DNA from: an uncultured Candidatus Micrarchaeota archaeon
GTDB taxonomy: Archaea > Micrarchaeota > Micrarchaeia > Anstonellales > Bilamarchaeaceae
DNA: 64,000 nt
Direction of reading: 5' to 3'
Assembly (NCBI GenBank): GCA_963791815.1
Contig: CAWBTT010000002.1
Coordinates: 472,086-536,085, forward strand
How positions within the stretch are numbered: position 1 is the stretch's first letter; each line of letters begins with the position of its first letter. This document shows, piece by piece, positions 10,335 to 19,427 of the stretch. The notes under the pieces are model-generated. The model saw only the letters and a program-made list of their open reading frames with translations, made no database searches and was not told where the DNA came from. The translations under genes and the position numbers were made by a program.

Positions 10335-11188
10335 ATTTCTTCCTCCTCGATAAGCTTGCGCACGTTTTCCAGCTCTTTCAAAGCCCCATCCATATCCTCC
10401 TTGCTTGGAGGTTTGCCGTGCCATTCAAAGCGCTGTTCCATGAAAGAAACCGCCTTTCCAGGAATCGTGTGTGCGATTATCATTGTGGGCCTCTCATAAA
10501 CAGCTCTGCTCTCGTTGCACGCATCGATTATCTGTTTGATGTTGTGCCCATCAACATCAATGACGTGCCAGCCAAATGCCCGATATTTCTCTTCTATCGG
10601 TTCAAGGGGCATCACATCCTCAGTGTAACCATCTATCTGGATATTGTTTCGGTCCATGATAACGGTCAGGTTGCCGAGTTTGTGTTTAGCTGCGAGCATT
10701 GCGGCCTCCCAGCTCTGGCCTTCCTGCTGCTCACCATCTGAGACCATGCAGTAGACCCTCCACTTCTTGCGCTCAGCCTTTGCAACAAGCGCCATTCCAA
10801 CTGCCTGGGAAAGGCCCTGGCCAAGCGGGCCTGAGGAATTCTCAATTCCAGGAAGCGCCCCTTTGTGCGGGTGGCCTTGGAGCCTGGAGCCAAGTTTTCT
10901 GAGTGTCATGAGTTCTTCTTTGGGGAAGTAACCGGAGTTGGCCAGCGCAGAATAAAGAACGGGGCAGACGTGGCCGTTTGAAAGTACGTGCCGGTCGCGC
11001 TCCTGCCAGTCTGGTTTTTCCGGGTCGTGATAAAGCACGCTGAAGTATAACGCGGCATAGATATCTGCAAGGCCTATTGAGCCTGCCGAGTGGCCGCTTT
11101 TTGCTTCGTGAAGCATTTTGACTACGTCCTGCCTGATGGTGTTTGCCATCAGGTTGAGTTTCTTGATGTTGTTGGTTCTCTTCATCAT
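10331..11188 (-). CDS. Transketolase N-terminal subunit
   Basis: SGH, LSNGH, LQGHP, GPLGQG, SDGEQQEG TPP motif. Confidence 0.93.
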   Translation of the reverse strand: MMKRTNNIKKLNLMANTIRQDVVKMLHEAKSGHSAGSIGLADIYAALYFSVLYHDPEKPDWQERDRHVLSNGHVCPVLYSALANSGYFPKEELMTLRKLGSRLQGHPHKGALPGIENSSGPLGQGLSQAVGMALVAKAERKKWRVYCMVSDGEQQEGQSWEAAMLAAKHKLGNLTVIMDRNNIQIDGYTEDVMPLEPIEEKYRAFGWHVIDVDGHNIKQIIDACNESRAVYERPTMIIAHTIPGKAVSFMEQRFEWHGKPPSKEDMDGALKELENVRKLIEEEEI

Positions 11189-11826
11189 TTCGGACACCCA
11201 GACTGCGCGCATTCTTTCAATTCTTTGACCGCTTGGCCAATATCCTCGTTTGCGAATATGGCGCTAGCAGCAGCAAGATAATTGGCACCGGCAGCATAGG
11301 CCCTGCCGATTGTTTTTTTGTTGATTCCGCCATCTGCTCCGATGTTAAGGTTCGGATGAAGTTCGCGGAGTTTCTTGATTTTTGACTCCATTTCCTGGAT
11401 ATAGCTCTGGCCTGAGAATCCGGGGCGGACAGTCATGATTAGGATTTCCTCCACATCTTGGATGTGTGGAAGGACCGATTCTAAAGGAGTCTCAGGATTC
11501 ATTGCAAGGCCAAGCCTTCCGCCAGCTTTTTGAACAGTAGATTTGATATTTTCAAAAGAAGAAACGGTTTCTATATGAACTAGGTGGAGGTGCGGGCCAG
11601 GAGTTGCCTCAATCCATTTCTCAGGATTGTTGACCATCCAGTGGAATCCATAATTTGCTTCAGGAAGGTCGGTGAGGCTCTCAAGGCCGATTGTCTTGTT
11701 TGGGACGAACTCGTTGTCCATGATGTCGATGTGGATTATATTGACATGTTCTTTGACAAGAGAGATGCGGCGCAGAAGCTCCCCCCTGCTTTTGACTAGG
11801 ATTGCTGGTATTATCTCTAGCTCCAT
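11185..11826 (-). CDS. rpe: Ribulose-phosphate 3-epimerase
   Basis: HIDIMD, MTVRPGFSGQ, DGGIN; start MELEI at 11826. Confidence 0.9.
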   Translation of the reverse strand: MELEIIPAILVKSRGELLRRISLVKEHVNIIHIDIMDNEFVPNKTIGLESLTDLPEANYGFHWMVNNPEKWIEATPGPHLHLVHIETVSSFENIKSTVQKAGGRLGLAMNPETPLESVLPHIQDVEEILIMTVRPGFSGQSYIQEMESKIKKLRELHPNLNIGADGGINKKTIGRAYAAGANYLAAASAIFANEDIGQAVKELKECAQSGCPK

Positions 11827-12053
11827 TGTTCTCCCGCACGAGAAGTGACTCCCGCAATTATCATGGGCTAGAGAGATAATAAAAACATTGCTATATGTCG
11901 AGGAGGGGGGATGGTGGAGAGCGGTAAATGATGGAAACACTTAAATACATGATGCTCTCTTAAAAAAGCTGCAAAAAATTTGTCGTACTCCCAGGTTTGG
12001 GATTGGAGAAATGCTTTTAAGCACATAGCAAAAAATTGCTAAGAAGATGAAAA

Positions 12054-12476
12054 ATGAAACTTGAACACATACACCTAACTGTGAACGCAAGAATCGACCC
12101 GTCTTTCAAGGCGTTGCCGCGGGAAGAGGCCAAGCGTTTCGTGGACATGTTGCTAAAAGAAATCAACATGAAGCCACTTGGGGATATGAACTGGGCAGAC
12201 GCCGAAGACTTAGATTTCCCAGGCCAGAGTTTCGTGCAGATGATTACTACTTCACACTGCTCTCTGCACTTCTTTGACCATGATGGGGAAGACAATGAGG
12301 TCTATTTTGACCTTTACTCTTGCATGCCCTTCGACACCGACAAGGTGGTCCGGCTGTTGGACGAAAAGTTCGGGCTCCGTGACTGGCATGGTGTTCTTTA
12401 TACCCGTGCCACGGGCGAGGAGCCGCAGCTAAAGAAGATTGAGGGCAAAAAACAATTAGTGGAAATCAAAAACTGA
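12054..12476 (+). CDS. S-adenosylmethionine decarboxylase-like pyruvoyl proenzyme
   Basis: MITTSHCSLHF resembles the ESHxSxHT autocleavage motif; FDLYSC matches DxFTC. Confidence 0.65.
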   Translation: MKLEHIHLTVNARIDPSFKALPREEAKRFVDMLLKEINMKPLGDMNWADAEDLDFPGQSFVQMITTSHCSLHFFDHDGEDNEVYFDLYSCMPFDTDKVVRLLDEKFGLRDWHGVLYTRATGEEPQLKKIEGKKQLVEIKN

Positions 12477-12503
12477 TTTCCTTTCTCATCCTTTTTCTAC
12501 TCT

Positions 12504-13664
12504 TTATTGGTTTTTGTAAATGTGGACTACAGCGGTAGCGCCGCTTCCGCCCACGTTGTGGCTGAGCGCTGTGTGCGCGTCTTTGACCTGGCGCCCTTCG
12601 GCCTCGCCACGGAGCTGCCAGACGCATTCAACTGCCTGTTTGATACCAGTAGCGCCGACAGGGTGGCCACATGCTTTCAGGCCTCCGGAGGTATTTATCG
12701 GAATCTCGCTGCCAATGGCGGTTTTGCCATCCAAAGTTGCCTGACCCCCTTTTCCTTTCTCAAAGAAACCAAGATCTTCGATTGCCATGATTTCTGCGAT
12801 TGTAAAGCAGTCGTGGACTTCGGCAAGGTCTATGTCCTTTGGAGTCAGGTTTGCCCGCTCAAAAGCCTTCTTGGCAGCGACCTGAGTTGCTTTCAAGCCA
12901 GTCAATGTCTCTCTTGAATGCAATGCAATTGAGTCACTTGCTTGTGCTGTTGTCACTATCTCGATTGGTTTTTTCGTATAGCTTTCTGCCACATCCAGAG
13001 GCGCCAGAATTACTCCGGCCGCGCCATCTGTAATTGGTGAGCAGTCGAATATTTTGAGCGGGTCTGCAATCATCTTTGAACCGAGCACCTGCTCCATCGA
13101 TATTTCTCTTGGGAATTGTGCGTATTTGTTGTGCACTCCATGTTTGTGGTTCTTGACTGCGACCGCGGCCATCATCTCCTCAGTTGTACCATAATCAATC
13201 ATGTGCCTTTTTGCCATGAGAGCATAAAGCGCTGGGAATGTCGCTCCAAGGAAAAGTTCCCATTCCTGGTCCCCTGCGCCTCCAAGAATATCGCTAACAG
13301 TGTTTACACCTAGCTCAGTCATCTTCTCGACTCCGCCGACGACGACAATATCATGCATGCCACTTGCAACTGACATGAACCCCTGGCGAAGTGCAAGGCT
13401 TCCTGATGCGCAAGCGCCCTCAACGCGGGTTACTGGGAGTGGGTTCAACCCCATATAATCTGCGATTAAAGCGCCGATGTGCTCCTGTCCGATAAGGCGG
13501 CCAGACGCCATTGTTCCGACATAGCCGGCATCTATCTGGTCCCCGGAGAGTCCGGCGTCTGTGATTGCCTTGATTCCGGCTTCAACAACAAGCTCTCTGA
13601 AGCCCTGCTCCCAATTCTCTCCGAACTTTGTCATTCCGGCCCCTATGATTGCTACTCTTCTCAT
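12504..13664 (-). CDS. Acetyl-CoA acetyltransferase (archaeal thiolase)
   Basis: EGACASG, EVHDCFT, GHPVGATG, HNVGG. Confidence 0.93.
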   Translation of the reverse strand: MRRVAIIGAGMTKFGENWEQGFRELVVEAGIKAITDAGLSGDQIDAGYVGTMASGRLIGQEHIGALIADYMGLNPLPVTRVEGACASGSLALRQGFMSVASGMHDIVVVGGVEKMTELGVNTVSDILGGAGDQEWELFLGATFPALYALMAKRHMIDYGTTEEMMAAVAVKNHKHGVHNKYAQFPREISMEQVLGSKMIADPLKIFDCSPITDGAAGVILAPLDVAESYTKKPIEIVTTAQASDSIALHSRETLTGLKATQVAAKKAFERANLTPKDIDLAEVHDCFTIAEIMAIEDLGFFEKGKGGQATLDGKTAIGSEIPINTSGGLKACGHPVGATGIKQAVECVWQLRGEAEGRQVKDAHTALSHNVGGSGATAVVHIYKNQ

Positions 13665-13719
13665 AAATATTACACCTAATTTGTAGTAAAAATATTGCCG
13701 TGAGCAATTTAAAAAAGTG

Positions 13720-13971
13720 CTATTTCCTGGTTTTGAGCCAGGTTTCCTTGATAAATGGCATTGTCAGTGTGGAAAGCAAGAATCCCATTGCCGGAACCAA
13801 CGCCGCAATCTGTGGGTTCGGTGCCTCGATGAGCAGAAAAAGGACATATGAGAAGAGATATGTGCCTATTGTTATGATGAATCTTCGGAAATAGCCGGTT
13901 TCCCAGGCCTTGTCTGCTTCTACGCGCTGATTTCGTGCCTTTATTTTTTCGATCTCCGCTTCAATATCCAT
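13720..13971 (-). CDS. Small two-TM hypothetical protein
   Basis: RNQRVEADKAWE followed by two hydrophobic helices. Confidence 0.7.
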   Translation of the reverse strand: MDIEAEIEKIKARNQRVEADKAWETGYFRRFIITIGTYLFSYVLFLLIEAPNPQIAALVPAMGFLLSTLTMPFIKETWLKTRK

Positions 13972-14023
13972 ACCATTGAGGATTGCTGAAAAAGATTAAA
14001 AACAAACTATCCAGAATAGAGGT

Positions 14024-15415
14024 ATGGTTGTGAAAGTCAGCAGTGCGAATTTTGATGAAAAGCACGAGGAGTGTGGAGTTGTCGCCATCTATTCCAAGAA
14101 AGGCGCAGATGTTGCTCCGCTCCTTTACCGGGCGCTGATTGCGCTCCAGCACCGGGGCCAGGATGCGGCAGGTTTTGCAGTTCAGAATGAAACTGGAATT
14201 GAGACCAGAAGAGGGATTGGTCTTGTTGACCAGATTTTCAGGCCAGAAGACCTTGAAGTGAAAGGAGATTTTGGAATTGGACATACCAGATACCCCACAA
14301 TAGGAGAATGCAGGCAGTGCGATGTCCAGCCTTCTGTGTATGAAGACATGGCAAGCGCGCACAATGGCCACATATCCAACTACGGCGTGCTCAAGGAAAA
14401 GCTGGAAAAAGAAGGGTACAAATTCACAAGCACTGTTGATTCGGAACCTGTTCTTTATGTCTTCCATTTGCGCAAGAACCCTGAAGCGGCTGCCAAGGAA
14501 ACAATCGAAACTTTTGAAGGTGCCTTTTCAGATGTCGTTATTGCAGAGAAAAAGCTGTTCGTCTTCAGAGACAGATTTGCGCTCCGCCCCCTTGTTTGGG
14601 GAGAGAATGACGATTTCATTTGTTTTGCATCCGAATCCGTTGCTCTTGATGTTAATGGCATACCGTACAAGGGAGATGTGAATGGCGGCGAGTTTATTGT
14701 TGTTGATAAGGGCCAGATTGTTGAGAGAAAGCAGCTGGTTCCGGAAAACAAGAAACATTGCATGTTTGAATATGTTTATTTCTCACGGCCAGACTCAATC
14801 ATCAATGGAAAAAGTGTTTATGATGTCCGCTGGCGGTTGGGTGAGATTCTTGCAGAAGAGGCCCCGGTGAAGGCAGATGTGATAGTCCCGGTTCCAGACA
14901 CCTCCAGAACCGCTGCTGGCGCATATTCGGAAAAAACAGGAATTCCTTATGCCGAGGGGCTCATAAAGAACAGATACATAGGACGCACATTCATCATGCC
15001 GGATCAGGAAAAAAGAATCAATGCAGTAAAGCTCAAGCTCAATCCACAACGCTCAGTCATTGAAGGAAAATCAGTTGTTTTGGTGGATGATAGCATTGTA
15101 CGAGGAACAACTCTCAGGGAGATTGTTAGGCTTGTAAGGAATGCTGGCGCAAAAGAAGTCCACCTGAGGATTACATGTCCCCCTGTGCGGGCTCCTTGTT
15201 TCTATGGGGTTGACATGTCAACATACAAGGAACTGATTGCAAACAAGAAAACAATTGAGAAAATTCGCGAGCATCTTGGGGCAGACAGCCTTAACTACAT
15301 TAGTGTAGATGGACTGAAGAGGGCGATTGGACTCCCTTCTTGCACCGCGTGCCTGACTGAGGAATATCATTCAGAATTTGTGAAAAGGCTTGCAGAAAAA
15401 GAAAAATCAGCGTGA
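14024..15415 (+). CDS. purF: Amidophosphoribosyltransferase
   Basis: Propeptide then ECG, QHRGQD, GHTRY, CMFEYVYFSRPDS, VDDSIVRG. Confidence 0.96.
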   Translation: MVVKVSSANFDEKHEECGVVAIYSKKGADVAPLLYRALIALQHRGQDAAGFAVQNETGIETRRGIGLVDQIFRPEDLEVKGDFGIGHTRYPTIGECRQCDVQPSVYEDMASAHNGHISNYGVLKEKLEKEGYKFTSTVDSEPVLYVFHLRKNPEAAAKETIETFEGAFSDVVIAEKKLFVFRDRFALRPLVWGENDDFICFASESVALDVNGIPYKGDVNGGEFIVVDKGQIVERKQLVPENKKHCMFEYVYFSRPDSIINGKSVYDVRWRLGEILAEEAPVKADVIVPVPDTSRTAAGAYSEKTGIPYAEGLIKNRYIGRTFIMPDQEKRINAVKLKLNPQRSVIEGKSVVLVDDSIVRGTTLREIVRLVRNAGAKEVHLRITCPPVRAPCFYGVDMSTYKELIANKKTIEKIREHLGADSLNYISVDGLKRAIGLPSCTACLTEEYHSEFVKRLAEKEKSA

Positions 15416-15419
15416 GATT

Positions 15420-17000
15420 ATGGTAGTTGTCGAGTTTGAATATAGGGAGATGAAAAAGCTAATTGACATTCCAAGAGACGAGATGGTAGAGGGATTAAGC
15501 AGTCTTGGCGCCCCATGCGAATATGAACCAGAAACAAAGAAAATCGTCGCTGAGTTAACACCTAACAGGCCAGACTGGTACTCTATGGAAGGCCTTGCCA
15601 GAGCATTGCGGGCATATTACCAGAAGACACATCCCAAGTATTCTGTAAAAAAATCAGACTACAAGGTTGTTGTAGACCCGTCAGTATCCAAGGTAAGGCC
15701 GCACACTGTGTGTGCTGTTGTGCGGGGACTTGAATTTGATGACCAAAGAATCCGCGATGTTGTTCTTCTCCAGGAAAAATTGCTTGGAACATTGGGGCGG
15801 AGAGTGAAAAGGTTTGGTATTGGTGTGTATCCGTTGCATGCAATCAAATTCCCAATCAAATACACCACTATGAAACCAGAGGAAATCAAATACGTGCCTC
15901 TTGGGTATGAAAATGAGATGACTGCTAAGCAGATACTTGAGGAACACAAAAAAGGAAAGCAATATGGGCATCTCATAAAGGACTTTGACAGATATCCAGT
16001 TTTCACTGACGCTGATAACAAGATAATGTGCCTTATACCGATAGTCAACTCTGCAGAAACGGGAAAGGTGGATGAAGAAACAGAGGACGTGTTCCTTGAA
16101 GTTTCAGGGACTTCAATGCACGCTTGCAAGGCAGCTCTCAATATCCTTGTGTGTACTTTTGCTGATATGGGCGGGCAGCCATATGAAGTTCTGATGGAAT
16201 ACAAAAAAGAGAAATTCCATGCTCCAGATCTTTCTGAGAAAAAAATGAAGCTGGACCTCAATGAAGTCAGCAAGATACTTGGTCTTGAGGTCACTGATAA
16301 AATGGCCAAGGACCTGCTTGCAAAAATGGGATATACATACTCGAAAGGAGAAGTATCGGTGCCGCCATACCGGGCAGATATCCTAAGCATGATAGATGTT
16401 ATTGAAGATATTGCAATTGCATATGGATACAATAATTTCGAATTTACTTTGCCAGATTTCTTCACCCCCGGCGTACGGATTGATCCGAATGAAGAAGCAG
16501 ACAGAATAATGCGGGGAATGGGATTCAGTGAGATAAAGACCTTCATACTCACAAATAAGGAAAAACTGGCAGCTGTTGGTCATGGTGGGGATGTTGTTGA
16601 GATATCTAACCCTAACAATGTAGAATATACTGTTGTTAGGCCTACCCTGACAGCAGATATTCTTGATGTTTTCTCCAATAATAAGATGAAAGGACTGCCG
16701 CAGAAGTTTTACGAGTTTGGATTGGTCCAGACCAAAGAAACCAAAAGGAACCTGGTTTTTGGGATTATGGATAAGGAAGTCAAGTTTTCAGATGCCCGTG
16801 GCCATTTACAGACCCTTGCAAGGGAGTTGGGATTAGATTTGAGTTTAGAGAAGAAAGAACATCCGTTGTTTGAAGATGAGATTTCGTGTATTGTCAATAA
16901 TGGCAAGAAGGGAATTGGAATTTTTGGCAAGGTTAATAAGGATGTTCTTGAGAAATTCGGTCTTGATTTCGATGTTTATGTTTGTGAGCTTAAGCTATAG
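15420..17000 (+). CDS. pheT: Phenylalanyl-tRNA synthetase beta subunit
   Basis: PNRPD, PPYRADI, DVIEDIAIAYGY. Confidence 0.93.
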   Translation: MVVVEFEYREMKKLIDIPRDEMVEGLSSLGAPCEYEPETKKIVAELTPNRPDWYSMEGLARALRAYYQKTHPKYSVKKSDYKVVVDPSVSKVRPHTVCAVVRGLEFDDQRIRDVVLLQEKLLGTLGRRVKRFGIGVYPLHAIKFPIKYTTMKPEEIKYVPLGYENEMTAKQILEEHKKGKQYGHLIKDFDRYPVFTDADNKIMCLIPIVNSAETGKVDEETEDVFLEVSGTSMHACKAALNILVCTFADMGGQPYEVLMEYKKEKFHAPDLSEKKMKLDLNEVSKILGLEVTDKMAKDLLAKMGYTYSKGEVSVPPYRADILSMIDVIEDIAIAYGYNNFEFTLPDFFTPGVRIDPNEEADRIMRGMGFSEIKTFILTNKEKLAAVGHGGDVVEISNPNNVEYTVVRPTLTADILDVFSNNKMKGLPQKFYEFGLVQTKETKRNLVFGIMDKEVKFSDARGHLQTLARELGLDLSLEKKEHPLFEDEISCIVNNGKKGIGIFGKVNKDVLEKFGLDFDVYVCELKL

Positions 17001-17020
17001 GGAGAGACCCCATACTTCCA

Positions 17021-17260
17021 CTAATCCAAAGCCTCAATTGACTCTGCGATTATTTTGTACACTATAACAGAGCGGCCAAACATTTTGAAGAAATTGTCCA
17101 TAACAGTCTCAAGATTTGTAGGCACAGCTATTGCAGATTTAGTTCTCCAATATTCTTTTTTCAATGGTAGTTTGTTTAAGTGGTAGTAAAAACGCCTTTT
17201 TACCCTGTTGAATTTTTTCTTGTTTTTTGCTTTAATATCGTAAAGGTACAAGACGTGCAT
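17021..17260 (-). CDS. Small Cas2/VapD-like ferredoxin-fold protein (orphan)
   Basis: 79 aa, VLYLYDI N-terminal strand, basic helix, TKSAI resembling the QxSV motif. Confidence 0.5.
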   Translation of the reverse strand: MHVLYLYDIKAKNKKKFNRVKRRFYYHLNKLPLKKEYWRTKSAIAVPTNLETVMDNFFKMFGRSVIVYKIIAESIEALD

Positions 17261-17282
17261 AACAATCACTTACTATACTTAC

Positions 17283-17302
17283 TATGTAACTATAGTTACA
17301 TA
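17283..17302. promoter_or_regulatory. 20-bp perfect palindrome, probable operator
   Basis: TATGTAACTATAGTTACATA, 23 bp upstream of the Cas2-like start. Confidence 0.6.
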
Positions 17303-17363
17303 AAATTAAAAACAAACAACACTCTCTGAATAGTGGAATTACGTCCCCTCTCTGTGCTCAAAA

Positions 17364-18758
17364 TTAGACTTTCTTTCTGAGGTGGGCACAATATTCAGAG
17401 TAAGTAACAAGCCTTTCTACTGCCTTTATTGCAGCGTTTGGGGAGTTGTAGCTTGGCACACCATTACTCTCCAAAATCTGCCTATATGCTTCTGTATAGT
17501 TGCCGCCTATTGATATTGTTGCAATCGGTTTACTTCTGTTATCTGATGCTCTTGTAAGGACATGGATGATCCGCTCATCCATTGGAGGCGTCTGCATGAG
17601 CGCTATGATGACCAGAATATCAATTTCATCTGCCTTCATCAAAACATCAACAGCTTTCTGATATGCCTCAATCCCAGAATCAGCGACAAGGTCCAACGGA
17701 TTACCCACACTTCCATATGCGGGCATTATCCTCTTTATCTCCTTCTTGGTTTTCTCACTGAAATCTGCAAGCTTCAAACCCTCCTTTTCAACACAATCGG
17801 TAGTGATAATCCCAAGACCTCCACCATTTGTAATAATCCCAACCCGGTTTCCCTTGGGTTTTGGTTGGTTGAACATCTTTACTATGTCGAAGAGCTCATA
17901 CAAACCCTCAGCCTCAATGACTTTGGCCTGTTTGAATGCAGCATGATATGCAGTATAGCTTCCAGCTATGTTTCCTGTGTGTGATTTGGCAGCAGCCATT
18001 CCACCAGCGCCCTTTCCTCCCTTGAGCACTATGATTGGCTTCTTTTTGTTGACTTTCTTCATACAATCGAGGAATTTTCTGCCGTCTTTGACTCCCTCAA
18101 TATACATCAATATTATTTCAGTCTCATCATCCCCTGCCAAGTATTCCAGATAGTCGCTCTCATCAAGAACCGTCGCGTTCCCATATGATATGAATTTTGA
18201 AATACCAACCCCATAATGGGCTGCAAGGTCAACGACCGCAGAGCCAACTGCCCCACTTTGTGTTATGAATGCGATATTTCCTGCGCGCGGCCGCTCAAGC
18301 TTATACATCGGAAGGAATATGCTGTCCATCTTGCTGTATGGATTAAAGACTCCCAAACAGTTTGGCCCAACAACTGGGAGGTTGTTCTTGATGGAAATGT
18401 TGTGCATTTTTCTGGCAAGCTCATCTGCCCCAATCTCCTCAAAACCACTTGTAATAATTACCAGGCCACCGGTTTTCTTCTTGACACACTCCTCCATTAT
18501 CGGAATCACTGTCTTTGCTGGAGTGGCTATTATCGCACAGTCCAGTTTCCCAGGAATATCACTTATTTTTGAGTAACAAGGTATCCCCAACATCTCCGTG
18601 TACTTGGGATTGACTGGATATACTTTCCCAGGAAATTTACCATCAATGAAATTCTTCAGTATTACATTTCCGACCTTATTTGTCGTTGGCGTCGCACCAA
18701 CAATAGCAACAGATTTCGGATAAAATATCTTGTTCAGGTTCTGGAGTATCTTCTTCAT
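17364..18758 (-). CDS. acdA: Acetate-CoA ligase (ADP-forming) alpha subunit
   Basis: VAIVGA, GPNCLG, QSGA, SHTG (phospho-His), NGGG, NPLD. Confidence 0.92.
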   Translation of the reverse strand: MKKILQNLNKIFYPKSVAIVGATPTTNKVGNVILKNFIDGKFPGKVYPVNPKYTEMLGIPCYSKISDIPGKLDCAIIATPAKTVIPIMEECVKKKTGGLVIITSGFEEIGADELARKMHNISIKNNLPVVGPNCLGVFNPYSKMDSIFLPMYKLERPRAGNIAFITQSGAVGSAVVDLAAHYGVGISKFISYGNATVLDESDYLEYLAGDDETEIILMYIEGVKDGRKFLDCMKKVNKKKPIIVLKGGKGAGGMAAAKSHTGNIAGSYTAYHAAFKQAKVIEAEGLYELFDIVKMFNQPKPKGNRVGIITNGGGLGIITTDCVEKEGLKLADFSEKTKKEIKRIMPAYGSVGNPLDLVADSGIEAYQKAVDVLMKADEIDILVIIALMQTPPMDERIIHVLTRASDNRSKPIATISIGGNYTEAYRQILESNGVPSYNSPNAAIKAVERLVTYSEYCAHLRKKV

Positions 18759-18762
18759 ATTA

Positions 18763-19386
18763 TCACCTGAGGAACCTCGCATCAACAATATCGCACCCTT
18801 TCTCGTCACATACAACAGGGTTCAGATCGAGCTCCTTCAAATCCTCCTTTTGCATAAACCTGCAAGTGTTCAGAACCAGCTCAATAATCTTCTTCTTGTT
18901 GATTGGTTTTCTGCCCCTGGCACCATCAATTATTGGGTGCGCTTTAAGCTCTGAAATCATCTCCTGGATATCTACAGTTTCAAGGGGACAAATCCTTGCG
19001 CTGATGTCCTTGAAAATCTCGACGTATATTCCTCCCAAACCCAGAACCAGCATATGGCCGAACTGCGGGTCTTTTTTGCCGCCAATTATCAATTCGATTC
19101 CCTTTCTCGACATCTTCTGAACAAGAATGCCATCCACGCACTTTCCTTTGGCCCCGGACATTATGTCTCTATAGGTGTGGCGCAGAATTTCATCACTAGT
19201 AACGTTGATTTTAACCCCGCCAAAATCAGTCTTATGTTCTATTTCCGGGGACACAATCTTCATAGCAACTGGGTACCCTATTTTTTTGGCAGCCTTTACC
19301 GCCTCATCCTCATCCTTTGCAAGAACGTACGGAAGTAGCCTAAAACCATGTTTTTCAAGGACAGAAAAATCCTCAGTAATCGTCAT
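18763..19386 (-). CDS. acdB: Acetate-CoA ligase (ADP-forming) beta subunit, ATP-grasp
   Basis: GYPVAMK, HKTDFGGV, DPQFG, ELDLNP, VDAR. Confidence 0.9.
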   Translation of the reverse strand: MTITEDFSVLEKHGFRLLPYVLAKDEDEAVKAAKKIGYPVAMKIVSPEIEHKTDFGGVKINVTSDEILRHTYRDIMSGAKGKCVDGILVQKMSRKGIELIIGGKKDPQFGHMLVLGLGGIYVEIFKDISARICPLETVDIQEMISELKAHPIIDGARGRKPINKKKIIELVLNTCRFMQKEDLKELDLNPVVCDEKGCDIVDARFLR

Positions 19387-19427
19387 GAGCAGAACTAACC
19401 CGAGCACCTTTAAATTTCTGCCGCCGT

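Noticed and set aside
11830..12050. Riboswitch or sRNA upstream of the speD-like gene
   Set aside because: No recognisable aptamer or paired C/D boxes; looks like a divergent promoter region
15659..16552. Long antisense ORFs (for example 297 aa opposite pheT, 228 aa at 33932, 223 aa at 40495)
   Set aside because: They shadow well-supported genes and carry no motifs
17000..17364. CRISPR array near the Cas2-like gene
   Set aside because: No regularly spaced direct repeats and no cas1 seen anywhere in the window
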